In this document: piece by piece, positions 27,079 to 36,253 of the stretch
Numbering within the stretch: the first letter of the stretch is position 1
How the letters are laid out: each line of letters starts with the position of its first letter
Source: a virus
Taxonomy: Duplodnaviria; Caudoviricetes
Virus record (IMG/VR): IMGVR_UViG_3300005805_006131
Coordinates: 1-38,813 of that record
DNA: 38,813 nt
Reading direction: 5' to 3' (one strand)
The notes under the pieces: generated by a model
The model's database searches: none
The model's input: only the letters and a program-made list of their open reading frames with translations
Told to the model about the DNA's origin: nothing
Position numbers and translations under genes: made by a program

Positions 27079-30000
27079 GGCTGAACCTCATAATAGCTGC
27101 TGCCTAACTGAACTGGACTGCTGCGATTTGCTGTGCGGTCTGATGTTGATGTAACTCCAATTTCTAATCCTAACTGTCCCACTGCTGCATTACCCCAAGT
27201 ATATGCTATGTTGCTAGTGTTAGCCGCTGCTGTATGACTATACCCTGCGGTAACCAATGTCCAACTACTTGTACCAACTTGAACTGGGCTGCTGCGATGT
27301 ATCCTATCATCTAAGCCAAGTTCACCATTATTATTTAACCCCCACGCAAATAGTGCGGAATCTGATCTCAATGCTGTAACATGAGTCAGCCCTGCTGCTA
27401 CGCTGGACCAGCTGCTTGTTCCAACCTGAGTAGGACTAATTTCAAAGTAACTTGTGCCTAATTGAACTGGGCTGCTGCGGTGAACTCTAAATGTAGTTAC
27501 GTCGCCAATTTCCAAACCTAACTGGCCATCTGTAGCCAGTCCCCAAGTAAACATGACATTATCACTGCTGGTTGCGGCAGCATGTGTTCCGCCAGCAGCC
27601 ACTAGACTCCAGCTACTTTGTCCAATTTGAATTGGTGCAATGGCATAGTCGCTACCAGCGCCAATGTTGACTGGGCTGCTTCTGTCTGTTGTGAATCCAT
27701 AGCCCGATTGACCATTTGTTCCATCACCCCAACCAAATAATTTTCCATCATTGCGTATTGCAAAGGTATTCGGTAGTTGAGGGCTTGCAACATCAACACC
27801 TTTTGTAGAAACCAAATTCCAACTTCCAGTTCCTATCTGTATAGGACTAGATCTTATAATGCTAACTGTATTATCACCTATTTGTCCTGATTCATTATTG
27901 CCCCACATCCATAAGCTATAATCACTACGTAGAGCTGCCATAGTTTGAGCTCCAGTAGATACCGAAACCCAGCTGCTAGTTCCAACTTGAACTGGACTTG
28001 AGTAGAATACTGTTCTATTTAATGCAGTTGGCCCCGTGGATGCTGTGTAAATTTGATTTGCATTATTCAAATATGCAAAATTGGGGTTTAGCTGCGCAAT
28101 CGATATAGATTCTACGTTTGAACCTATCGTTAAAATTGGGGTTAATGCAGCAGTTTGAATAGCTGTTCCTGTAAGTGCATAACTAGCACCCCATTGATAT
28201 AACTCGTTATTGCCTTTCAAACCCATAAACAGACTAGCGCCGGCTTTAACATCTAACCAATCAGTATCAGTACCAATTTGTACAGGGCTTGAAAACCCAC
28301 CGCTTCCAAGTTCACCGTTACCAATTGGGCCTAATCCCCACGCAAATAATTGACCGCTAGAATCTATTGCAGCGGTGCAACGGTATCCAGCAGAAACAGT
28401 ATTCCAAGTACCTGCACCAATCTGTACTGGGCTACTCCTATCCAATCTAACTAAATCGCCAATTGCGCCAAAATTGTTAGTTGCTGCTCCCCATGCCCAC
28501 AACGTATCGTCAATACGTATTGCCGCAGAATGAATATAACCAGCGGAGACATAATTCCAACTGCTGGTGCCAACTTGTACAGGGCTGCTACGATGGACAC
28601 TATCATTTAATCCTAATACGCCGTCAGTATTATTTCCCCAAACAAACAATCCCCCATCACTGCGCAAAGCCAACGCTTGTGCGAACCCACCAGATATCTG
28701 TGTCCAACTGGAAGTTCCAATTTGTACTGGACTACTTCTATCAACTTGATTGTTTAAACCAAGTTTACCGTCATTATTTGAACCCCACCCAAATAATGCA
28801 CCATCGCTACGTATAGCAAAGGCGGTAGTCTGTGATGCAGTAATTTGAATCCAGCTACTGGTCCCTACCTGTGCAGCACCTGTAATTGAACGTGCATCTG
28901 AGATTGCTCCACCTCGGGTGTTGCGTCCCAACTGACCTGCGTTGTTCCATCCCCAAGTAAATAATGCACCATCATCCCTTAAGGCCATTCCAAAATTTTC
29001 ACCTATACTGATTTGAGACCAGCTATTGTCTGAAATATTTACATATAAAGATCCTGCTAACCCATTTGCATTTTGACTGTAGAAATTATTTCCCCAAACA
29101 AAAAGTGAAGAATCTTGTCTAATAGCAGCTACAGTTGACATACCAGCACTGACTTTCGTCCAACTACTAGTTCCAATTTGAACTGGACTACTACGGTCAA
29201 TTGTTGACAAATCTCCCAATTGGCCGCTATCATTATTACCCCAAGCAAATAAAGCAGAATCTAACCTTATTGCTTGACTCAAATTTTGACCAAAACTTAC
29301 TTGTGTCCAACTGCTAGTACCAACTTGTATAGGGCTGCTACGATTAACTCTATTATTTAAACCCAATTGCCCGTTAGTGTTATCACCCCAAACAAACAAT
29401 CCGCCGTCATTTCTTATGGCACCAGCATTACTACTACCAGCTGAGATTTGACTCCAACTATTTGTGCCAATTTGCACCGGACTACTGCGGTTAATTAAAT
29501 CATTTAATCCTAATCTTCCATTACTGTTATCACCCCAAACAAAGAGAGCTCCGTCATTACGTATGGCTAACATATAATGAATGCCAGCACTCACCGCTTG
29601 CCAACTGCTGGTTCCAATTTGTACTGGGCTGGAATAGTTGGCAGCAGTGCTAGAATTGATACCTAATGCGCCATTATTATCCTGGCCCCAAGTAAATAAA
29701 ATTCCGTCATTTCTTATAGCAGCAGTTTGACGATACCCAGCACTGACTTGACTCCAACTTAAACTATTAATCTCATTGACTACTTCATCATTGCCAAGTT
29801 GGCCACTGGTTGCTAATCCCCAAGTAAATAATGCGCCATCTGTACGTGTTGCCATGCTGAAACTGTTTCCAGCACTGATCTGTGTCCAACTACTTGTATT
29901 AACTTGTACTGGACTGCTGCGTTGAGTTAGCGTAGAATCTAAGTTACCTAATTGACCCGCATTGTTCAATCCCCAAGCAAACAATGCTGAATCACTGCGT

Positions 30001-33000
30001 AGAGCCAACACATGGCTAGCACTGGCACTAACTGCGGTCCAACTACTGGTTCCAATTTGAATTGGTGAAACCTGTTGTAAACTGGATCCTAACTGAGTTG
30101 GGCTGCTGCGGCCTTGACGGAAATTTGGAGTTCCAAACTCTAAACCAAGTTGACCATTTGGATTTTGTCCCCAAGTAAATGCTAGATAATCGCTGCGAAC
30201 TGCGGCAGCGTGTGTTCCACCAACTGAAACTTGTGTCCAGCTGCTGCTTCCAATTTGAATTGGAGTTATTTGGAAACCTAAGGAGTTTAGTAATACTGGA
30301 GAATTAGTAGATGTGGTGTTGTTTAATCCTAAAGCACCAGAAGTATTATCTCCCCAAACGTAGAGAAGATCTTTAGTATTTCCTATAATACCAAATGCCC
30401 TACCAGCACCGCTCTGAACCAAACTCCAACTACTGGTTCCAACCTGCACAGGACTGCTACGATGGATATTGCTGCCGCTGCCAAGTTGACCAGTAGCGTT
30501 ATTGCCCCAAGTAAATAATCCGTAGTCTGAACGCAGTGCGGCCATAAAACTGTTACCAATACTGACAGCCACCCAGCTGCTGGTTCCAACTTGAACAGGA
30601 GAAGAATAAGATCCTTGGAAGGTGCCTGCAACATTAACACCCATCGTTCCATCTTGATTACCGCCCCAAGTAAATAAACCTCCATCATTTCTTATCGCCG
30701 CTGCTGATATTGTTCCTACCGCAACAAAAGTCCAACTACTGGTTCCGACCTGTACAGGTGAGGACCTTCCGTTCACATTATTATTTTGTCCTAATTGTCC
30801 ACTATTATTAATCCCCCAGGTAAACAACCCACCATCTAATCTTAATGCTGCAATTGTATTAACCCCTGCTGAAATTTGAGTCCAACTACTGGTTCCTACA
30901 CCAACTGGGCTGTCTCTATGTTGAATATTATTTTGACCCAATTGGCCATTTGTATTATTACCCCAAGCATATAATCTATAGTCAGTTAGAATACCTGCCA
31001 TAAAACTACGACCACAAGAAATTTGAATCCAACTACTGGTGCCTACTTGCACAGGACTGCTTTGGTCGGAACCAGGTACACCTAATTGACCGTCACTATT
31101 CCATCCCCAAGTGAATAAAGCTCCGTCAGTTCTTATTGCTGCCATGTAATCAGCACCCACTGACACTGCTGTCCAACTACTGGTTCCTACTTGAACTGGA
31201 CTACTGCGATGTATTCTATCGTTTTGACCTAATTGTCCTTGTGAATTTTCTCCCCAAGTAAACAATGCGCCGTCACTTCTAATCGCTGCCCCATTTCTGC
31301 CTACAAAAGAAAAAGCGCCCAAAGCAACCCAACTTACAGGTGTTGTTGGCAAGATGCTGTCTTGGCCTAATATTCCTAAATCAGATGCGCCCCAAGCAAA
31401 TAATCCACCATCATTTCTTAAAGCAAGTGCGTTAGTTGAATTAGCCGTAACTGCTGTCCAGCTGCTGGTTCCAATCTGTACTGGACTGCTATAAGATACC
31501 CCCAAATCATTCAAAACACCAGTGGCTAGCAGGCCTGATGTATTTGTTCCCCAACCAAATAATGCTCCATCACTGCGCACAGCAAAAGCATTGCTGGCAC
31601 CGGCAGCAACCGTAGACCAACTGCTTGTACCTAATTGAGCTGGTGAAGGCTCTGTATATCCTAATCCTACCTGTGTTGGACTTGAGCGAGCTGCTGTAAA
31701 GTCAGTGGTAAAGATATTTGGATCAATGCCAACAGATAGGCCCAATGCCGTAGCCACACCCCAAGTATAAAGGCTATTCGCAGTGATTCCACCAGTATAA
31801 TTGTTGCCTGCTGCAATAGTTGTCCAACTTAAAGTGCCAAGTTGAACCGGACTACTTCTGCTTATAATAGCACTGTCTCCCACTTGTCCTGATGTGCCAA
31901 ATCCCCACGCAAACAGTCCGTTATCGTTACGTAATGCTGATGAATGAGAATAACCTGCTGCTACTAAACTCCAGCTTGAGGTTCCTATCTGTACAGGGCT
32001 GCTTCGAGCAGCAGCGGATCCATCTCCCAACTGCCCTTGACTATTAAACCCCCAAGTAAATAATCCACCACCATTTCTTATTGCTATAGTATGGGCGTCA
32101 CCAGCAGAAATTTGACTCCAACTTGAGGTACCTACCTGTACAGGGCTGCTACGATGAATTCTGTTATTACTTCCTAATATGCCAGAGTTGTTTAATCCCC
32201 AAGTAAATAACCCACCACCATTTCTTATTGCCACAGTGTGGTTGCCACCTGCTGACACCGAGCTCCAACTACTTGTACCTACCTGTACAGGACTGCTTCG
32301 GGATAAAGCCAATCCACTTCCTAACTGACCACCTGTCCCCAATCCCCAAGTAAATAAGCCACCATCTGTTCTTAAGGCTGCACATTGCCCGTTACCTGCA
32401 GAGACTGAGCTCCAACTTGAGGTACCTATTTGTATTGGGCTACTACGCGATATTGCAAAACCGTCTCCTAATCTACCGTTTGTTCCCGCTCCCCACGCAA
32501 ATAAGCCACCGTCATTCCTTATAGCCATACTAAAACTTCCACCAGCAGATACAGTGGTCCAACTACTAGTTCCTAACTGAATTGGGAAAGTTTCATTAAT
32601 TACACCATTTGTTCCAATCTCACCATTTGTATTCGTACCCCACGCAAATAATGCGCCATCATTTCTAATAGCAAGAGTATGGTTTGCTCCCATAGAAACA
32701 GTGGACCAAGATTGTATTTTGGACGTACTGGTTGTGCTTAGTTCATTGCCTAACAATCCACCAAAAACTGAACCCCAAACAAATAAAGCAGAATCGCTAT
32801 TTATTGCATAACTACTATTGGCACCAGCTGCGATTGCTGTCCAACTTGAGGTGCCAACTTGTAGAGGAGAACTTTGAGCTACCGTTAATTGAGTGTTGGC
32901 TCCTAACTGATCAGCACTATTGCTGCCCCATGTAAATAATGCACCATCACTGCGTATAGCCATACTATGGCTTACGCTAGAAAAAACAGTAGTCCAACTA

Positions 33001-35642
33001 CTGGTTCCAATTTGAACTGGACTACTTCTAAAGGAATTTGAATTATCGCCAAGTTCTCCTTGAGAGTTGTTCCCCCAAGCAAATAAAGCACCGTCACTTC
33101 TTATAGCTAATGTTTGATTTGCACCTGCATTGGCCGTAGTCCAGCTTGAAGAGCCAATTTGAACTGGACTGCTACGATGAATTCTATCATTCAACCCTAA
33201 TTGTCCATTAGTATTGAGTCCCCATCCAAACAATGCACCATCATTTCTAATACCGACAGTAAATTGGTCACCACCACTTAATAAAGTCCAAGAAACACTT
33301 TTACTTGTATTTGGTGTTGTGGTATCATTTGTACCTAACAATCCATTCTCTTGATTACCCCAAGCAAATAATCCGCTATCGCTACGTATACCATAACTGG
33401 TGGTATTGCCTGCTGCTACTGCTGTCCAGCTACTAGTTCCAATTTGAACTGGACTGCTACGATGAGTAGATGTACCATCATCACCAAGTTGGAAATTAGT
33501 GTCATCACCCCAAGCATACATTGAGCCACCACTACGCACAGCTAAACTATGAGATGCTCCAGCACTGATCGCTGTCCAACTGGAAGTTCCAATTTGTACT
33601 GGACTACTACGGGACAGTATTGTGTTATCACCCAACCTACCTAATGTGCCCAACCCCCAAGCAAACAGTGATCCGTCACTACGAATTGCTAAACTATGAT
33701 CTAAACCAGCACTTACTTTAGTCCAATTGCTAGTACCGATCTGCACTGGGCTACTGCGATGTACCCTACTATTGTCACCCAATCTACCGTCAGTGTTATC
33801 GCCCCATACAAAGAGCTTGTCGTCACTTCTAATAGCTATGGTATGAGTTTCACCCGCACTAATTTGACTCCAACTTTTGGTTTTACTGGTACTTTCGATG
33901 TCGCTTTTACCAACCATTCCAGTATAAGCATATCCCCAAGCAAACAATGCGCCATCAGTCCTAATTGCGAAACTGTTGGCTTGTGCGGCATTGACCATAC
34001 TCCAACTTGATGTACCAATTTGGACTGGGCTGCTAGTATTTGCTCCTTCACCTATACTATTACCTAACTGTTCATTAGTGTTGTTACCCCAAGAATATAA
34101 ACTACCGTCACCAAAAATTGCTAAACTATGGCTAGCACCAGCAGCAACAGATGACCAACTAGTAGATCCTCCAACTTGAGCAGGACTACTTCTAGCAATA
34201 ACAGTGTTATCACCAATTTGACCACTAGAGTTTAAGCCCCAAGCAAATAAGGATTTAATCGCAGGAGTTAACGTGGATGACCTTAGCCCTAATGTATGTT
34301 CTGCTCCTGCAGAAACATCTCTAAATGGTAAATTGGGACCTGCTACTTGAACTGGACTACTACGATGTACCCTATCATTTAATCCCAATTGGCCGTTGGT
34401 GTTGCCGCCCCATAACCATAATCTATCGTTGCTAGCTAGAGCTGCTGAGTGCGATAATCCAGCAGCCACCGCTACCCAACTTGAGGTTCCAATCTGTACC
34501 GGGCTACTCCTACTTATAATGGTATTATCACCCAACTGCCCAACAGTGTTTAATCCCCACCCAAACAATAAATTGTCACTTCGTAAAGCAAGAGTATGTT
34601 GACCACCTGCTGCTATTTTGCTCCAACTTTTGGTTGAACTAAGACTTATCTGACCACCGTCACCAATTAATAAATTATATGCTAAACCCCAACCATATAA
34701 ACTGCCATCAGTGGTAATTCCGTAACTATTGGTTGGATTACCTGACACTGTGGTCCAACTACTGGTTCCCAACTGAACTGGACTACTACGATGTATCTGT
34801 GGAGCACCTAATCCTAGTTGATTATTTGAATCGTTACCCCAAGTAAATAATGCACCACCAGTGGTAATAGCCATAGTATGGCTGGGACCAGCACAAACAT
34901 AGTTCCATGTTGACGAACCAATCTGAACTGGGCTACTTCGAGAAAATACATTATCAATACCTAGCTGTCCCCAAGTATTCAACCCCCAAGTAAACAATAT
35001 ACCATCACTACGAATTGCTGCGGTGGAATCATATCCAGCATTAACTTTGGTCCAACTTGCAGTACCTATCTGAACTGGACTACTACGATGTATAACATCG
35101 TTGGTTCCTAGTTGCCCGTTAGAGTTTAACCCCCAAGCAAATAATGCACCGTCACTGCGGATTGCGGTGGTATAGTTTGCACCTTCACTTACTGCGGTCC
35201 AAGATATTGACTGTAAATAGACTTGATTGGTAGATGGAAATAACGGTCCACCACTTTCACCCCAGGCATATAACTTTCCATTAGCGTCAATACCAAAACT
35301 ATTGTTGTAGGTTGCCGCAACCACACTCCAACTGCTTGTACCAATTTGTACAGGACTGCTTCTATGTATATAGGTTGCATCACCTAATTGGCCTTCACTG
35401 TTTTCACCCCACGTAAACAAAGCGCCATCACTACGTATTGCTAGTGTATGACTGGTACCTGCCGCTATTTGACTCCAACTACTGGTGCCTAATAACGTTG
35501 GGCTTGCAAGGGTAGTCGTATTGTTGAAACCTAACTGACCAAAGGTGTTGATGCCCCACATATAAAGTAGGTCAGGTTGTCCTGGAGTAGGGGGTATTCC
35601 TCCTGCTTTTTTAGCCGCTAGTAACCAAATTTCTAATAACAT
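27075..35642 (-). CDS. Giant RCC1/BLIP-II repeat protein, first part (2855 aa); putative virion adhesin
   Basis: Same repeat throughout; short N-terminal peptide plus Pro linker; follows the fibre and chaperone genes; ends in mid-repeat. Confidence 0.92.
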   Translation of the reverse strand: MLLEIWLLAAKKAGGIPPTPGQPDLLYMWGINTFGQLGFNNTTTLASPTLLGTSSWSQIAAGTSHTLAIRSDGALFTWGENSEGQLGDATYIHRSSPVQIGTSSWSVVAATYNNSFGIDANGKLYAWGESGGPLFPSTNQVYLQSISWTAVSEGANYTTAIRSDGALFAWGLNSNGQLGTNDVIHRSSPVQIGTASWTKVNAGYDSTAAIRSDGILFTWGLNTWGQLGIDNVFSRSSPVQIGSSTWNYVCAGPSHTMAITTGGALFTWGNDSNNQLGLGAPQIHRSSPVQLGTSSWTTVSGNPTNSYGITTDGSLYGWGLAYNLLIGDGGQISLSSTKSWSKIAAGGQHTLALRSDNLLFGWGLNTVGQLGDNTIISRSSPVQIGTSSWVAVAAGLSHSAALASNDRLWLWGGNTNGQLGLNDRVHRSSPVQVAGPNLPFRDVSAGAEHTLGLRSSTLTPAIKSLFAWGLNSSGQIGDNTVIARSSPAQVGGSTSWSSVAAGASHSLAIFGDGSLYSWGNNTNEQLGNSIGEGANTSSPVQIGTSSWSMVNAAQANSFAIRTDGALFAWGYAYTGMVGKSDIESTSKTKSWSQISAGETHTIAIRSDDKLFVWGDNTDGRLGDNSRVHRSSPVQIGTSNWTKVSAGLDHSLAIRSDGSLFAWGLGTLGRLGDNTILSRSSPVQIGTSSWTAISAGASHSLAVRSGGSMYAWGDDTNFQLGDDGTSTHRSSPVQIGTSSWTAVAAGNTTSYGIRSDSGLFAWGNQENGLLGTNDTTTPNTSKSVSWTLLSGGDQFTVGIRNDGALFGWGLNTNGQLGLNDRIHRSSPVQIGSSSWTTANAGANQTLAIRSDGALFAWGNNSQGELGDNSNSFRSSPVQIGTSSWTTVFSSVSHSMAIRSDGALFTWGSNSADQLGANTQLTVAQSSPLQVGTSSWTAIAAGANSSYAINSDSALFVWGSVFGGLLGNELSTTSTSKIQSWSTVSMGANHTLAIRNDGALFAWGTNTNGEIGTNGVINETFPIQLGTSSWTTVSAGGSFSMAIRNDGGLFAWGAGTNGRLGDGFAISRSSPIQIGTSSWSSVSAGNGQCAALRTDGGLFTWGLGTGGQLGSGLALSRSSPVQVGTSSWSSVSAGGNHTVAIRNGGGLFTWGLNNSGILGSNNRIHRSSPVQVGTSSWSQISAGDAHTIAIRNGGGLFTWGFNSQGQLGDGSAAARSSPVQIGTSSWSLVAAGYSHSSALRNDNGLFAWGFGTSGQVGDSAIISRSSPVQLGTLSWTTIAAGNNYTGGITANSLYTWGVATALGLSVGIDPNIFTTDFTAARSSPTQVGLGYTEPSPAQLGTSSWSTVAAGASNAFAVRSDGALFGWGTNTSGLLATGVLNDLGVSYSSPVQIGTSSWTAVTANSTNALALRNDGGLFAWGASDLGILGQDSILPTTPVSWVALGAFSFVGRNGAAIRSDGALFTWGENSQGQLGQNDRIHRSSPVQVGTSSWTAVSVGADYMAAIRTDGALFTWGWNSDGQLGVPGSDQSSPVQVGTSSWIQISCGRSFMAGILTDYRLYAWGNNTNGQLGQNNIQHRDSPVGVGTSSWTQISAGVNTIAALRLDGGLFTWGINNSGQLGQNNNVNGRSSPVQVGTSSWTFVAVGTISAAAIRNDGGLFTWGGNQDGTMGVNVAGTFQGSYSSPVQVGTSSWVAVSIGNSFMAALRSDYGLFTWGNNATGQLGSGSNIHRSSPVQVGTSSWSLVQSGAGRAFGIIGNTKDLLYVWGDNTSGALGLNNTTSTNSPVLLNSLGFQITPIQIGSSSWTQVSVGGTHAAAVRSDYLAFTWGQNPNGQLGLEFGTPNFRQGRSSPTQLGSSLQQVSPIQIGTSSWTAVSASASHVLALRSDSALFAWGLNNAGQLGNLDSTLTQRSSPVQVNTSSWTQISAGNSFSMATRTDGALFTWGLATSGQLGNDEVVNEINSLSWSQVSAGYRQTAAIRNDGILFTWGQDNNGALGINSSTAANYSSPVQIGTSSWQAVSAGIHYMLAIRNDGALFVWGDNSNGRLGLNDLINRSSPVQIGTNSWSQISAGSSNAGAIRNDGGLFVWGDNTNGQLGLNNRVNRSSPIQVGTSSWTQVSFGQNLSQAIRLDSALFAWGNNDSGQLGDLSTIDRSSPVQIGTSSWTKVSAGMSTVAAIRQDSSLFVWGNNFYSQNANGLAGSLYVNISDNSWSQISIGENFGMALRDDGALFTWGWNNAGQLGRNTRGGAISDARSITGAAQVGTSSWIQITASQTTAFAIRSDGALFGWGSNNDGKLGLNNQVDRSSPVQIGTSSWTQISGGFAQALALRSDGGLFVWGNNTDGVLGLNDSVHRSSPVQVGTSSWNYVSAGYIHSAAIRIDDTLWAWGAATNNFGAIGDLVRLDRSSPVQIGAGTWNTVSAGYRCTAAIDSSGQLFAWGLGPIGNGELGSGGFSSPVQIGTDTDWLDVKAGASLFMGLKGNNELYQWGASYALTGTAIQTAALTPILTIGSNVESISIAQLNPNFAYLNNANQIYTASTGPTALNRTVFYSSPVQVGTSSWVSVSTGAQTMAALRSDYSLWMWGNNESGQIGDNTVSIIRSSPIQIGTGSWNLVSTKGVDVASPQLPNTFAIRNDGKLFGWGDGTNGQSGYGFTTDRSSPVNIGAGSDYAIAPIQIGQSSWSLVAAGGTHAAATSSDNVMFTWGLATDGQLGLEIGDVTTFRVHRSSPVQLGTSYFEISPTQVGTSSWSSVAAGLTHVTALRSDSALFAWGLNNNGELGLDDRIHRSSPVQVGTSSWTLVTAGYSHTAAANTSNIAYTWGNAAVGQLGLEIGVTSTSDRTANRSSPVQLGSSYYEVQP

Positions 35643-35647
35643 AAAGC

Positions 35648-35654
35648 TATTTAT
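35648..35654 (-). promoter_or_regulatory. Late-promoter-like ATAAATA 5 nt before the RCC1 gene ATG
   Basis: cATAAATAgctttATG; no SD. Confidence 0.6.
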
Positions 35655-35686
35655 GCAAAATAATTTCTAAGCTAAAAAGCTAGAAA

Positions 35687-36253
35687 TTATTCGCCTTGAG
35701 GACCTTGAGGTTCTTCTACTGGCTCTGGTGTAATAGTAATGGTATATTCAGGCCAAATCAAATTAAATGGATCAGTCTGCTGCGTAATATCTGCTAAAGC
35801 CTGCATATATGTATCCATATCTACCATATTATCAGTGACTGGTATATTCATTCGTATTTGACGCTCATGTCTCACATATCTCCATTCAAAATCACGCATT
35901 TTTTGATCACGTAACTGCCTTACTATATTCCACTGTTGTGCTATCTGTTCAGCTTGTTGAGCGGCTAATTCTTCTAAACTTGGTGGTGGAGGTGGAGGTG
36001 GAGCCGCTGGTTTTTCTAGTATCGCGATGATCTCTACCACTTGATTATTAATAAAAGCATATTCTATATTACCCAAATACTGCGTTGAAGGATTATATGT
36101 TGGATTAGCTTTGACTACTGTGTACCAACCATATCTGTTAAGAGTTGCCTCATCAGTAATTACATTAAAATTACTAACGTTTTGCCAATTTTTTGGCAAC
36201 CCATGCATTACCTTTTCTACTTTTTGATTTTGAACATACGCAAAATTTGTCAT
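35687..36253 (-). CDS. Tail fibre assembly chaperone-like protein
   Basis: W..VR..RD......W......Y.QALADITQQ.DPF...WP C-terminal motif; poly-Pro linker; directly after the fibre gene. Confidence 0.75.
   Translation of the reverse strand: MTNFAYVQNQKVEKVMHGLPKNWQNVSNFNVITDEATLNRYGWYTVVKANPTYNPSTQYLGNIEYAFINNQVVEIIAILEKPAAPPPPPPPSLEELAAQQAEQIAQQWNIVRQLRDQKMRDFEWRYVRHERQIRMNIPVTDNMVDMDTYMQALADITQQTDPFNLIWPEYTITITPEPVEEPQGPQGE

Noticed and set aside
27070-27095. Programmed -1 ribosomal frameshift at the RCC1 junction
   Set aside because: No X XXY YYZ heptamer, and tRNA-Pro slipping from CCA to GCC would pair poorly; a split gene or 1-nt deletion is more plausible
22714-35642. Diversity-generating retroelement (TR/VR pair) among the similar repeats
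   Set aside because: All copies are in-frame coding, differences are not evidently adenine-specific, and no reverse transcriptase is in the window
22714-35642. Eukaryotic or giant-virus origin suggested by RCC1 repeats, collagen and glycosylation genes
   Set aside because: Contiguous with T4-like sheath, tube and neck genes, bacterial SD sequences, sigma70-type promoters and overlapping operon structure
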